DNA from: an uncultured Acidobacteriota bacterium
Lineage (GTDB): Bacteria > Acidobacteriota > Thermoanaerobaculia > UBA5066
Length of the DNA: 64,000 nt
Assembly (NCBI GenBank): GCA_963779415.1
Contig: CAVZYA010000001.1
Location: forward strand, 1,536,001-1,600,000
Reading direction: 5' to 3'
Part shown: positions 17,797 to 28,246 of the stretch, in pieces
Numbering within the stretch: position 1 is the stretch's first letter
How the letters are laid out: every line of letters starts with the position of its first letter
Made by a program: the position numbers and the translations under genes
The notes under the pieces: model-generated
Told to the model about the DNA's origin: nothing
Database searches by the model: none
The model's input: the letters and a program-made list of their open reading frames with translations, nothing else

Positions 17797-20700
17797 ATGT
17801 CAGAAGAGAGACGGGTCGGGTTCGAGAGCTTCGCCTCCCGCGTCACCACCGTTCCCGGGGACCGCCGTTCCGCCCTGGCGCTCCCGATTGCCCTCCTCCT
17901 TGCCTGGACGGCTCTGGCGTGGCCGCAGAAGGCCGCGGCATTCGCCTGCCAGTGGACCGGGGCCACCAGCACCGACTGGGCCACGGCGAGCAACTGGTCA
18001 TCGTGCAACGGCACGACGCCGCAGTCGGGCGACACCGTGGCCATCCCCAGCGGCGGCAACCAGCCAGTCGTCGGAAGCGGTACCAGCACGGGCGTCTCGA
18101 CAGTGACGGTCAACACGGGTGCTTCGCTGACCGTGGCGAGCTCCGGCACGCTCACCCTGAACAGCGGGCTGACGGGGGGCGGAAACCTGACGGTCAACTC
18201 CGGAGGAACGCTCGTCTGGTCCGCCGGAACGATGGACGGCGCGGGAACGACGACCATCTCCGCGGGCGGAATCCTGACACTCTCCGGCTTCGGCAAGACG
18301 CTCGGGCGCACCCTGAACCTGGCCGCCGGGCAGACCGCCACCATGAGCGGCGCCTCGAGCTACATGTACCTCTCCACCGGCGGCACCTTCAACAACAACG
18401 GCACCGTCGACATCCAGAACGACAACGAAGGTTTCTACTCCTCCGGCACGCCGGGCCCCTTCAACAACGCAGGCCTCCTCAAACGGACGACGGGCAGCGG
18501 CATCGCCTACATCCAGTGCCCCTTCAACAACACCGGCTCCGTCAGCGTCTCGAGCGGCACGCTCTCGATCAGCGGCGACGGCACCCACACCGGGCCCTTC
18601 AACGCCACCGGCGCAACCCTGACCTTCGCCGGCGGCACCCAGACGCTCTCGGCCGCCAGCACGGTCACCGCCGCCAACCTGAACGTCTCGGGCGGCACGA
18701 TCACCTTCAACGGCGCCCTCTCCGTCTCGGCCGCCGTCAACTTCAGCTTCGGCACCGTCGTCGTCAACGCGGGCTACAGCGCCGGCACAAGCTCCTCCTT
18801 CGGCGGCACCGTCACCCTCAATCCCGCCGCCACGCTCACCTCCGCCGGCTCGACGCTCAATCTCTCCGGCATCGTCACCCTCAACAGCGGCGAGGCGATC
18901 TCCGTCACCTCGCTCAACCAGTCGGGCGGCACGCTGACCGGATCGGACAACATCACGGTCTCGGGCACGTTCGCCTGGACGGGCGGCACCCATGGCGGCA
19001 GCGGCACCACCAACGCCAACGGCCCGATGGACCTCTCCGGCTTCGGCAAGACGCTCGGGCGCACCCTGAACCTGGCCGCCGGGCAGACCGCCACCATGAG
19101 CGGCGCCTCGAGCTACATGTACCTCTCCACCGGCAGCACCTTCAACAACAACGGCACCGTCGACATCCAGAACGACAACGAAGGTTTCTACTCCTCCGGC
19201 ACGCCGGGCCCCTTCAACAACGCAGGCCTCCTCAAACGGACGACGGGCAGCGGCATCGCCTACATCCAGTGCCCCTTCAACAACACCGGCTCCGTCAGCG
19301 TCTCGAGCGGCACGCTCTCGATCAGCGGCGACGGCACCCACACCGGGCCCTTCAACGCCACCGGCGCAACCCTGACCTTCGCCGGCGGCACCCAGACGCT
19401 CTCGGCCGCCAGCACGGTCACCGCCGCCAACCTGAACGTCTCGGGCGGCACGATCACCTTCAACGGCGCCCTCTCCGTCTCGGCCGCCGTCAACTTCAGC
19501 TTCGGCACCGTCGTCGTCAACGCGGGCTACAGCGCCGGCACAAGCTCCTCCTTCGGCGGCACCGTCACCCTCAATCCCGCCGCCACGCTCACCTCCGCCG
19601 GCTCGACGCTCAATCTCTCCGGCATCGTCACCCTCAACAGCGGCGAGGCGATCTCCGTCACCTCGCTCAACCAGTCGGGCGGCACGCTGACCGGATCGGA
19701 CAACATCACGGTCTCGGGCACGTTCGCCTGGACGGGCGGCACCCATGGCGGCAGCGGCACCACCAACGCCAACGGCCCGATGGACCTCTCCGGCTTCGGC
19801 AAGACGCTCGGGCGCACCCTGAACCTGGCCGCCGGGCAGACCGCCACCATGAGCGGCGCCTCGAGCTACATGTACCTCTCCACCGGCAGCACCTTCAACA
19901 ACAACGGCACCGTCGACATCCAGAACGACAACGAAGGTTTCTACTCCTCCGGCACGCCGGGCCCCTTCAACAACGCAGGCCTCCTCAAACGGACGACGGG
20001 CAGCGGCATCGCCTACATCCAGTGCCCCTTCAACAACACCGGCTCCGTCAGCGTCTCGAGCGGCACGCTCTCGATCAGCGGCGACGGCACCCACACCGGG
20101 CCCTTCAACGCCACCGGCGCAACCCTGACCTTCGCCGGCGGCACCCAGACGCTCTCGGCCGCCAGCACGGTCACCGCCGCCAACCTGAACGTCTCGGGCG
20201 GCACGATCACCTTCAACGGCGCCCTCTCCGTCTCGGCCGCCGTCAACTTCAGCTTCGGCACCGTCGTCGTCAACGCGGGCTACAGCGCCGGCACAAGCTC
20301 CTCCTTCGGCGGCACCGTCACCCTCAATCCCGCCGCCACGCTCACCTCCGCCGGCTCGACGCTCAATCTCTCCGGCATCGTCACCCTCAACAGCGGCGAG
20401 GCGATCTCCGTCACCTCGCTCAACCAGTCGGGCGGCACGCTGACCGGATCGGACAACATCACGGTCTCGGGCACGTTCGCCTGGACGGGCGGCACCCATG
20501 GCGGCAGCGGCACCACCAACGCCAACGGCCCGATGGACCTCTCCGGCTTCGGCAAGACGCTCGGGCGCACCCTGAACCTGGCCGCCGGGCAGACCGCCAC
20601 CATGAGCGGCGCCTCGAGCTACATGTACCTCTCCACCGGCAGCACCTTCAACAACAACGGCACCGTCGACATCCAGAACGACAACGAAGGTTTCTACTCC

Positions 20701-22239
20701 TCCGGCACGCCGGGCCCCTTCAACAACGCAGGCACACTCGACCGTACTAGCGGATCCGGGACGGCCTATGTGGACGTGACCTTCCATAATACCGGCACAG
20801 TCTCCGTCCAGTCGGGGATCCTGTCGGTGAACGACTACACTCAGACGGCCGGGTCAACGGTCCTCGCGGGGGGCAACATCACTGCCGTCACGAACCCGCT
20901 GCGCCTGCAGGGCGGAACGCTGGCCGGCTCGGGCACCGTGACGGGCAATGTCACGTCCACGGCCGGTGCCGTCGTCTCGCCGGGCTTCTCGGCAGGCCTG
21001 ATCACGATCACCGGAAACTACATCCAGAGCTCGCCCTCGGCGCTCACGCTGGAGCTGGGCGGGACCTCCCCGTCCGATTACGACCGGGTCGTGGCCTCCG
21101 GGACGGCGACGTTCGGCGGCCCGCTGAATGTTTCGCTGATCAACGGGTTCTCCCCCGTCCAGCAAAACGCCTTTTCCGTCTTCACCTACGCCTCCCGCCT
21201 CGGCAGGTTCGACACCTACAATCTGCCGGCTCTCTCGGGAGGCCTCTCATGGGTCCCGCGTTACGGAGGGACGACCTTCCAGCTTCGCGTTCAGGCCATC
21301 GTTCCCACCCTCCCCCTCAACGTCGACCATCACCTTCCGGCCACGGGCTCCCCGAATCTGAACGGCGTTCTCGACCCCGGCGAGCGGGTTCTCGTCGAGC
21401 CCACCTGGTCCAACCCGAGCTTCTCCCCCGTCACTTTCACGGGCACCCTCTCCAACTTCACCGGACCGGCCGGCGCCACCTACACGATCAGCAAGCCCAA
21501 TGCCGACTACGGCACTCTCGTCTCCGCCCAGACGAACAACTGCTACGCCGCCACCGGCAACTGCTACGAGCTGTCCGTTTCGAACCCCACCACACGCCCG
21601 GCGACCCACTGGGACACCACGGTCGACGAAACGGCCTCGAACGGAGACCTCGCGTCGTGGACCATCCACATCGGGGGCTCCTTCACCGACGTGGCAGAGA
21701 CCTCGGGCCAGTACCGCTTCGTCGAAACCCTTCTCCACAATCTCATCACCTCGGGCTGCGGAAGCGGCCTCTTCTGTCCCGCTTCGAACGTGACCCGCGC
21801 CCAGATGGCCGTCTTCCTTCTGGTGTCCAAGTTCGGCGCGTCTTACCTGCCGCCCCCGGCCACCGGCACCGTGTTCAACGACGTCCCGGCCAATTCCTTC
21901 GCTGCCGCATTCATCGAGAATCTCTACGCGCTCGGCGTCACCGCCGGCTGCGGCGGTGGCAACTACTGCCCCAACAGCAACGCGATCCGAGCGCAGATGG
22001 CCGTCTTCCTCCTGCGCACGCTGGAAGGACCGGTGTACGTGCCGCCGGCCTGCGTCACCGCGACGTTCAACGACGTTCCCTGCTCATCGCCTTATGCCCC
22101 CTGGATCGAGGAGATCTACCGACGCGGCATCACCGCCGGATGTGGCGGCGGGAACTTCTGCCCCCTGTCCCCCGTCACCCGAGGGCAGATGGCCGTCTTC
22201 CTCACCACCACCTTCGGCCTCGTCCTGAACGGACCGTAG
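17797..22239 (+). CDS. Large surface protein: signal peptide, G/T/S/N-rich beta-helix-like repeats, C-terminal triple Cys-containing SLH-like domains
   Basis: AAGGAG RBS before ATG 17797; WTGATSTDW N-terminal motif; 251-aa repeats; FTDV/FNDV...GCG.G.(F/Y)CP..TR.QMAVFL x3. Confidence 0.85.
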   Translation: MSEERRVGFESFASRVTTVPGDRRSALALPIALLLAWTALAWPQKAAAFACQWTGATSTDWATASNWSSCNGTTPQSGDTVAIPSGGNQPVVGSGTSTGVSTVTVNTGASLTVASSGTLTLNSGLTGGGNLTVNSGGTLVWSAGTMDGAGTTTISAGGILTLSGFGKTLGRTLNLAAGQTATMSGASSYMYLSTGGTFNNNGTVDIQNDNEGFYSSGTPGPFNNAGLLKRTTGSGIAYIQCPFNNTGSVSVSSGTLSISGDGTHTGPFNATGATLTFAGGTQTLSAASTVTAANLNVSGGTITFNGALSVSAAVNFSFGTVVVNAGYSAGTSSSFGGTVTLNPAATLTSAGSTLNLSGIVTLNSGEAISVTSLNQSGGTLTGSDNITVSGTFAWTGGTHGGSGTTNANGPMDLSGFGKTLGRTLNLAAGQTATMSGASSYMYLSTGSTFNNNGTVDIQNDNEGFYSSGTPGPFNNAGLLKRTTGSGIAYIQCPFNNTGSVSVSSGTLSISGDGTHTGPFNATGATLTFAGGTQTLSAASTVTAANLNVSGGTITFNGALSVSAAVNFSFGTVVVNAGYSAGTSSSFGGTVTLNPAATLTSAGSTLNLSGIVTLNSGEAISVTSLNQSGGTLTGSDNITVSGTFAWTGGTHGGSGTTNANGPMDLSGFGKTLGRTLNLAAGQTATMSGASSYMYLSTGSTFNNNGTVDIQNDNEGFYSSGTPGPFNNAGLLKRTTGSGIAYIQCPFNNTGSVSVSSGTLSISGDGTHTGPFNATGATLTFAGGTQTLSAASTVTAANLNVSGGTITFNGALSVSAAVNFSFGTVVVNAGYSAGTSSSFGGTVTLNPAATLTSAGSTLNLSGIVTLNSGEAISVTSLNQSGGTLTGSDNITVSGTFAWTGGTHGGSGTTNANGPMDLSGFGKTLGRTLNLAAGQTATMSGASSYMYLSTGSTFNNNGTVDIQNDNEGFYSSGTPGPFNNAGTLDRTSGSGTAYVDVTFHNTGTVSVQSGILSVNDYTQTAGSTVLAGGNITAVTNPLRLQGGTLAGSGTVTGNVTSTAGAVVSPGFSAGLITITGNYIQSSPSALTLELGGTSPSDYDRVVASGTATFGGPLNVSLINGFSPVQQNAFSVFTYASRLGRFDTYNLPALSGGLSWVPRYGGTTFQLRVQAIVPTLPLNVDHHLPATGSPNLNGVLDPGERVLVEPTWSNPSFSPVTFTGTLSNFTGPAGATYTISKPNADYGTLVSAQTNNCYAATGNCYELSVSNPTTRPATHWDTTVDETASNGDLASWTIHIGGSFTDVAETSGQYRFVETLLHNLITSGCGSGLFCPASNVTRAQMAVFLLVSKFGASYLPPPATGTVFNDVPANSFAAAFIENLYALGVTAGCGGGNYCPNSNAIRAQMAVFLLRTLEGPVYVPPACVTATFNDVPCSSPYAPWIEEIYRRGITAGCGGGNFCPLSPVTRGQMAVFLTTTFGLVLNGP
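18280..20733 (+). repeat. Intragenic tandem repeat, 753-bp unit x ~3.26
   Basis: Identical antisense ORFs recur at 18507/19260/20013 (period 753); the only difference seen is G18382 vs A in later copies. Confidence 0.95.
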
Positions 22240-22334
22240 AGGCTTTGCCGTTTCGGGAACGGCGGCTGGATCCCGCGTCAGCCCCGGCCCGGCGCGCCGC
22301 GGCCTCCTGACCGCGAAGCCTCTCCGCCCGGCGG

Positions 22335-23225
22335 TCAATCCCGCCTACGGAGCTGGACCATCGCGACGCCGACGAGGAGAACGGCCATACCGAGGACGAG
22401 GCGCGGCCCGACCGGCTCCCCGAGAAGCGCGGCTCCGAGGAGGACCGCGATCAAGGGGTTGAGATACGCGTACGTCCCGGCGCGTGCAGGAGGCCAGAGG
22501 CGTGTCAGGACGCCGAAGGCCGTGAAGGCAAGGCAGGAGCCGACGACGGCGAGATAGAGGACGGCCGCGAGGGCGTCGCGGCCGAGCGGAGCACGGAGGA
22601 ATCCGCCAGAGAGCCCCGCGGCCGTGAGCGCGATGGCGGCGGCCGTGACCATCTGGACCCCCGCATTCGTCAGCGGGCCGCCCCCCGTCACGTTCCGCTT
22701 GATGTAGAGGGTGGCCCAGGCCCAGAGAAGGGTCGAGGCGAGAATCCCCACGCTCGCCGCGAGCGACCCCGAGGCGGAGCGCTCCGGCGCCGTCAGGATC
22801 ACGACGCCGGCGAAGCCGAGGAGGACCCCGCCCCATCCGCGCGGCCCGAGCGGCTCGCTCCGGAGCGAGAGGAGGGCCAGGACGATCGGCACGGGCGCGC
22901 AGAGAACGGCCGCGAGCCCCGACGGGACGTGAAGCTCGGCCCAGGTCACGACGACGTTGCACACGCCGAGCATCAGAGCGCCCGAGACGGCGAGATGTCC
23001 CGCCACGGCGCGCGTGGGCCGCGCCTCGCCGAGGAGCCGCCCGAGGGCGAGACAGAGGATCGACGCCACGGTGAAGCGGACGGCGACGACCCCCCACGGC
23101 GTGAACGAGCGGAGGGCCACCGCGATGCCGAGGAAGGTGCTCCCCCAGACCACCGAGACGGTCAGATAGGCCGCCCACCCGAGAACGGTGTGACGGTTGT
23201 CGCCATCGGGAGCGGCACCCGGCAT
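22335..23225 (-). CDS. EamA/DMT family transporter
   Basis: VWGSTFLGI, PSGLAA, YLAVVGS, YAYLNPLIAVLLG...GE; start uncertain (23225 or 23279). Confidence 0.88.
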   Translation of the reverse strand: MPGAAPDGDNRHTVLGWAAYLTVSVVWGSTFLGIAVALRSFTPWGVVAVRFTVASILCLALGRLLGEARPTRAVAGHLAVSGALMLGVCNVVVTWAELHVPSGLAAVLCAPVPIVLALLSLRSEPLGPRGWGGVLLGFAGVVILTAPERSASGSLAASVGILASTLLWAWATLYIKRNVTGGGPLTNAGVQMVTAAAIALTAAGLSGGFLRAPLGRDALAAVLYLAVVGSCLAFTAFGVLTRLWPPARAGTYAYLNPLIAVLLGAALLGEPVGPRLVLGMAVLLVGVAMVQLRRRD

Positions 23226-23327
23226 CTCGCCGCGATTCTCGCCGATGCCCGATTCCGGTGCCTTGCGATCTCCCTGCAACCCCTCCGGGGCCGGAATCGT
23301 CTAAGTTCCGCTTCGGGAGGACTCCTG

Positions 23328-24542
23328 ATGAAACCTCTCCGTGTCCGCCGAGCCTCTTCACTCCCTGCCGGCCTTCTCCCTCTTCTCCCCGCCCTCCTGC
23401 TGCTCGCCGGGGCCCCGCAGGCCCACGCGGAGAAGGCTCCGTCGCCGCACGCCTCCCTCTCCGCAGACTGCAAGGAGCCGATCCCGGACCTCTTCCAGCG
23501 CGTCTCGAAGGCGGTCGTCTCGATCACGGCGGCGTCGATCAACCCGTACGACTCCTTCGACCAGATGGTCCGGCAGATGGGCTCGGGATTCCTCATCGAT
23601 CCGTCCGGCCTCATCCTGACCAACTCGCACGTCGTCTTCGGCCAGCAGATAATCACGGTAACCCTCGACGACGGCGAGAACCTTCCCGCGCAGATCGTCG
23701 GAGCCGACCCGCTTCTCGACGTCGCCCTGATACGGATCGCGCCGGGCGACCCCGGGAAGCTCCCGGCCGTGAAGCTCGGGGACTCGGCCCACCTCCTCGT
23801 CGGCGAGGAGGTCTTCGCCATCGGGAACCCGTTCGGCCTCGACCAGACCCTCACGCGCGGCATCGTCTCGGCGGTCAACCGGATCCTCCCCGGCGGCTCG
23901 TGGTCCGTTCGGGAGCCGCTGATCCAGACCGACGCCGCGATCAATCCGGGAAACTCCGGCGGGCCGCTCGTCAATCGCTGCGGAGACGTCATCGGCATCA
24001 ATACGGCGATCCTCCCCGAAGCGCAGAGCATCGGCTTTTCGATCCCGATCCATCTCGCCACGGGCGTGATGCCCCAGCTCCTTCTCGACGGGCGGGTCAT
24101 CAGGCCGTGGATCGGCATCCAGGGTCAGCTCGTCTCGCCGGCGCTCAAGGAGCTTCTTCGGGCGCCGCTCGCCGACGGGTTCCTCGTCGAGGTCGTCGAG
24201 CCCCGGAGTCCCGCGGGAAAAGCGGGCGTCCACGGCGGCGATCTCGACCTGACGATCGGCGGGGACCCCGTTCTCATCGGAGGCGACGTCATCACGGAGA
24301 TGAACGGCGCGCCCCTCTCGGACGGGGAGACGATGTCTCGCGTGATCGCGACCCTGAAGGTGGGCGAGCCGGTCCGGCTGAAGCTCGTTCGAGACAAGGA
24401 GGAGCGCCAGGTGGAAATGACCGTCGTGGAGAGGCCGCTCCTGCCCGGAGATGTCTCGCCGAGGCGGACGGTGTCGCCGGTCGGAAGCAGCAGCCCCGCG
24501 GCGCGGCCTCGTTCCTTCGCGAGCCCCCGGAGAACTCTCTAG
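23328..24542 (+). CDS. HtrA/DegP-like serine protease with PDZ domain
   Basis: GSGFLI, LTNSHVV, DVALI, QTDAAINPGNSGGPL; GGAGG RBS. Confidence 0.92.
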   Translation: MKPLRVRRASSLPAGLLPLLPALLLLAGAPQAHAEKAPSPHASLSADCKEPIPDLFQRVSKAVVSITAASINPYDSFDQMVRQMGSGFLIDPSGLILTNSHVVFGQQIITVTLDDGENLPAQIVGADPLLDVALIRIAPGDPGKLPAVKLGDSAHLLVGEEVFAIGNPFGLDQTLTRGIVSAVNRILPGGSWSVREPLIQTDAAINPGNSGGPLVNRCGDVIGINTAILPEAQSIGFSIPIHLATGVMPQLLLDGRVIRPWIGIQGQLVSPALKELLRAPLADGFLVEVVEPRSPAGKAGVHGGDLDLTIGGDPVLIGGDVITEMNGAPLSDGETMSRVIATLKVGEPVRLKLVRDKEERQVEMTVVERPLLPGDVSPRRTVSPVGSSSPAARPRSFASPRRTL

Positions 24543-24583
24543 CCCCGGATCGCCCGGCCCTGGATGGTATCGTCCGTCACTTC

Positions 24584-25741
24584 ATGATGGGCCTTCTGAC
24601 CCTCGCCAAGATACTGTCCGGAGCGGGTTTCCTCGCGTCGCTGGCGTACCTGACCTTCGCCCTCTCCCGCGTCCTCGCGTGGCGCCCGGCGCCCGTGAGC
24701 GTGCCGGCCGACCCGCCGGGGGTGACGATCGCCAAGCCGCTCTGCGGCCTCGAGGCCGAGCTCGAAGAGAACCTCCGCTCCTGGCTCGCTCAGGACTACC
24801 CGCGCCTCCAGGTCGTCTTCGGCGTGCGGGACGCCGACGACCCGGCCCTCCCCGTCATCCGGAAGGTGATGGCCGACTTCCCGGCCGCCGACACGGCGCT
24901 CGTCATTCACCACGGGGAGGAGCCCGGGACGAACCGGAAGGCCGCGACTCTCGTCCGGATCGGCCGCGTCGCGAAGCACCCGATCCTCGTCGTCTCGGAC
25001 GGCGACACGCGCGCGACGCCGGACACCGTCGCCGCGATCGCCTCGCGCTACGCCGATCCGGCGGTCGGGGCGGTCTCCTGCCTCACGGTCGGGCACCCCC
25101 GGCCGGGCCTCGCGTCGACGCTCGGAGCGATGTTCCTCAACGAGGAGTTCCTCCCTTCGGTCCTCGTCTCGCAGGCCCTTCAGCCGCTCGACTTCTGCCT
25201 CGGCCCGACGATGTCCGTCCGCCGGACCTCGCTCGAGGCGATCGGGGGCTTCGAGGCTCTGACGGACCACCTCGCCGACGACTACCTCCTCGGGAACCGG
25301 GTCGCGGCCCTCGGCCAGAAGGTGGAGATCGCCCCCCGTGTCGTGACGAACGTCCTCTTCGAACCGTCGCTCCGGGCCCTCTTCCTCCACGAGCTCCGCT
25401 GGGCCCGGACGATCCGTACGGTGCGGCCCCTCGGCTACGCCGGGACGGTCGTGACGTTCTCCGTCGTCTGGGCTCTCGGCGCCCTTCTCGCGTTCCGGTT
25501 CTCGCCCGCCGGATGGCTCGCACTTGCCGTCGCGCTCGCCCTCCGCGCGGGAATCCATCGGGCCGTCCGCCGGACGTTCGGGCTCGGGAGGAGACCCGCC
25601 GCCGGGTGGATGCCGTTGAGAGAAATTCTCAGCTTCTTTGTATACTGCGCGAGCCACGGGGGGCGGAGCGTCCTCTGGAAGAAAAACCAGTTCCGGCTCT
25701 CGGGAGACGGGCGCCTGCACCAGGAGGTCGACGAAACGTGA
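24584..25741 (+). CDS. hpnI: Bacteriohopanetetrol glucosamine biosynthesis glycosyltransferase (GT21-like)
   Basis: KPLCGLE, QDYP, GTNRK, SDGD, LADDYLLG, HELRWARTIR; immediately upstream of hpnJ. Confidence 0.85.
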   Translation: MMGLLTLAKILSGAGFLASLAYLTFALSRVLAWRPAPVSVPADPPGVTIAKPLCGLEAELEENLRSWLAQDYPRLQVVFGVRDADDPALPVIRKVMADFPAADTALVIHHGEEPGTNRKAATLVRIGRVAKHPILVVSDGDTRATPDTVAAIASRYADPAVGAVSCLTVGHPRPGLASTLGAMFLNEEFLPSVLVSQALQPLDFCLGPTMSVRRTSLEAIGGFEALTDHLADDYLLGNRVAALGQKVEIAPRVVTNVLFEPSLRALFLHELRWARTIRTVRPLGYAGTVVTFSVVWALGALLAFRFSPAGWLALAVALALRAGIHRAVRRTFGLGRRPAAGWMPLREILSFFVYCASHGGRSVLWKKNQFRLSGDGRLHQEVDET

Positions 25742-27158
25742 AGAAGACGCTCTTCCTCAATCCGCCGTCGTTCGGCAACTTCGACGGAGGGGCCGGCTCG
25801 CGGTACCAGATGCGCCGGGAGGTCCGCTCGTTCTGGTATCCGACCTGGCTCGCGCAGCCCGCGGCGATCGTTCCCGGGAGCCGCCTGATCGACGCTCCGG
25901 CCCGCGGCCTGTCGCTGGCCGACATCCTGCCGCTCGCGGGTGACTACGAGCTGGCCGTCCTGCTACACGAGCACTCCCTCCTTCCCTTCCGACGTCAAGA
26001 TCGCCGAGGCGCTCAAGGCGAAGAACCCGAACCTGATGATCGGCTTCGTCGGCGCCCATGTGGCCGTTCTCCCGGAGCCGTCGCTCGCGGCCTCGCCGGC
26101 GCATCGACTTCGTCGCCCGGAACGAGTTCGACTACACGCTCCTCGACGTCGCCGAGGGGAAGCCCTTCGCCGAGATCGACGGGATCAGCTACCGGTCGGA
26201 CGGGCAGATCGTCCACAACCGGGAGCGCGCCGTCCTCGAGGACCTCGACCGGCTTCCTTCCGTGCTCGACGTCTACAAACGCGATCTCGTGGTCGAGGAC
26301 TACTTCGGCGGCTACCTCCTCCACCCGTACCTCTCCTTCTACACCGGGAGAGGATGCCGCTCGAAGTGCACGTTCTGCCTCTGGCCCCAGACGATCTCCG
26401 GCCACCGGTACCGGACGCGAAGCCCGGAGAGCGTCGCGGCCGAGGTGGCCCGGGCGAAAGTGCTGTTCCCGCAGGTGAAAGAGATCTTCTTCGACGACGA
26501 CACCTTCACGGACAACCGCCCCCGGATCGAGGCGATCGCCCGGCTCATCGGACCGATGGGGATGACCTGGTCGTGCAACGCGAAACCGGACGTTCCCTTC
26601 GAGACGTTGAAGGTCCTGAAGGAGAACGGCCTCCGCCTCCTCCTCGTCGGCTACGAGAGCGGCAGCCAGAAGATCCTGAACAACATCCGAAAAGGGACGC
26701 GGGTCGACATCGCCCGCCGCTTCCAGGAGAACTGCCACAGGCTGGGGATCAAGGTCCATGGCTGCTTCATCGTCGGCCTCCCGGGAGAGACGAAGGAGAC
26801 GATCGAGGAGACGATGCGCTTCGCGATCGAGGTCAATCCGGAGACGATCCAGGTCTCCCTCTCGGCCGCCTATCCGGGGACGGAGCTCTTCCGGCAGGCG
26901 ACCGACAACCGCTGGCTCCTTCCCGGCCGCCTGCTGGGCGACGACGGCCTGCAGATCAGCTCCCTCAGCTATCCGGAGTTGTCGAGCCAGGAGATCTTCG
27001 ATTCGCTGCCGAGGTTCTACCGGCGCTTCTACTTCCGCCCGTCGAAGATCGGAGAGATCGTCGGCCAGATGCTCTCGAGCCCTCACTGGATGAAGAGGCG
27101 CCTCCGCGAAGGGTTCGAGTTCTTCCGCTTCCTCGCGACGCGGACGGAGCACGCATGA
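25738..27158 (+). CDS. hpnJ: Hopanoid-associated B12-binding radical SAM protein; two apparent +1 frameshifts (~25962, ~26102)
   Basis: KTLFLNPPSFGNFDGGAGSRYQ..REVRSFWYPTWLAQPAA; TSTPSF; GCRSKCTFCLWPQT; FFDDDTFT; pieces lie in three successive frames. Confidence 0.85.
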
Positions 27159-27204
27159 GAAGGGAACCCGGAGCGGACAGGGCCTTGCCGCCGGCCCGCC
27201 TCGC

Positions 27205-28191
27205 GTGGAGCTGAAGCGACCCGCCTTCCGCCCCGCGCTTTCTCTCTTCCACCGGTTCGTTCTCGCGGCCGGTCTCGTGGCGCTCGGCGTCGCCGTCTGG
27301 AAGCTGGACGCGCGCGAGGTTCTGGAGATCGTCTCCCGCGTCGGCCCGGGGATTCTCCTCCTCGTTCCGATGGGGCTCGTTCCGCCGCTCCTCAACGCGG
27401 CGGCCTGGTGCCTCGCGTTCGCCCCGGAGGACGCCCGCACGTACCGGTTCTCGAGACTCCTGTCGCTCTACCTCGCCATGGAGGGGGTCAACTACCTCGT
27501 TCCGACCGGCACCGTCGCGGGTGAGGTCGCGCGAGCGACGCTCCTCGGAGGGACGCCCCCCTTCGAGGTGCGTGCGGCCTCCGTCGTGACGTCCCGCATC
27601 GCGCAGACGGTCGCCCAGGTGGCGATCATCCTCGCCGGCGTCGCCTTCCTCGTCGGTCCGCTTCCGCCGATGGAGCGACACCGCTGGATCCCCGCGGCCG
27701 CCGAGGCGCTGCTCGCCCTCCTCGCTCTGGCCGCCCTCGTCTATCTCGTGTCCGCTCCGCGCCTCCTTCGCGGTCCTTCCGGCCCCGGGGCCCTCCCGGA
27801 GCCGCAGGACGGCTGGCTCAAGCGGACCCCGGCCCGCCTTCGGCTCTACTTCGGCCGGTACCGTGCGCGCTTCAGCCTCGCGGTCCTCCTCATGGCCGCG
27901 GCCTACGCCTGGAACAGCCTCGAGGCATGGTGGATCTGCCGCCTGATCGGCCTTCCGGTCGGCCTTCGGACCGCGCTCACGATCGAGGTCCTCTCGATCG
28001 CCATCGACGGCATCTTCTTCCTCGTCCCGGCGAAGATCGGGACTCAGGAGCTGGGGAAGGTAGCCGTCTTCTCGCTCCTCGGCCTTCCGGCGCGCTTCGG
28101 GTTCGCCTTCGGCATCCTCCGGCATCTCCGCGAGTTCTTCTGGGCGATCGTCGGTTTCCTGATCTACGGAGCCCTCCGCCGGGAGGCGTGA
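27205..28191 (+). CDS. Lysylphosphatidylglycerol-synthase-TM / flippase-like membrane protein (HpnL-like)
   Basis: EGVNYLVP..VAGEVAR, FLVPAKIGTQE, RHLREFFW; position in the hpnIJ cluster. Confidence 0.7.
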   Translation: MELKRPAFRPALSLFHRFVLAAGLVALGVAVWKLDAREVLEIVSRVGPGILLLVPMGLVPPLLNAAAWCLAFAPEDARTYRFSRLLSLYLAMEGVNYLVPTGTVAGEVARATLLGGTPPFEVRAASVVTSRIAQTVAQVAIILAGVAFLVGPLPPMERHRWIPAAAEALLALLALAALVYLVSAPRLLRGPSGPGALPEPQDGWLKRTPARLRLYFGRYRARFSLAVLLMAAAYAWNSLEAWWICRLIGLPVGLRTALTIEVLSIAIDGIFFLVPAKIGTQELGKVAVFSLLGLPARFGFAFGILRHLREFFWAIVGFLIYGALRREA

Positions 28192-28246
28192 TCGGCTATA
28201 GTCCGCGCGCCTCCGGGTCGGAAGCCCGCTGTTTCGGGAGGGAGAC

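Noticed and set aside
17121-20787. 1209-aa (+) R/H/Q-rich and 929-aa (-) ORFs over the repeat region
   Set aside because: Alternate-frame shadows produced by the C-ending codon bias of the surface-protein gene
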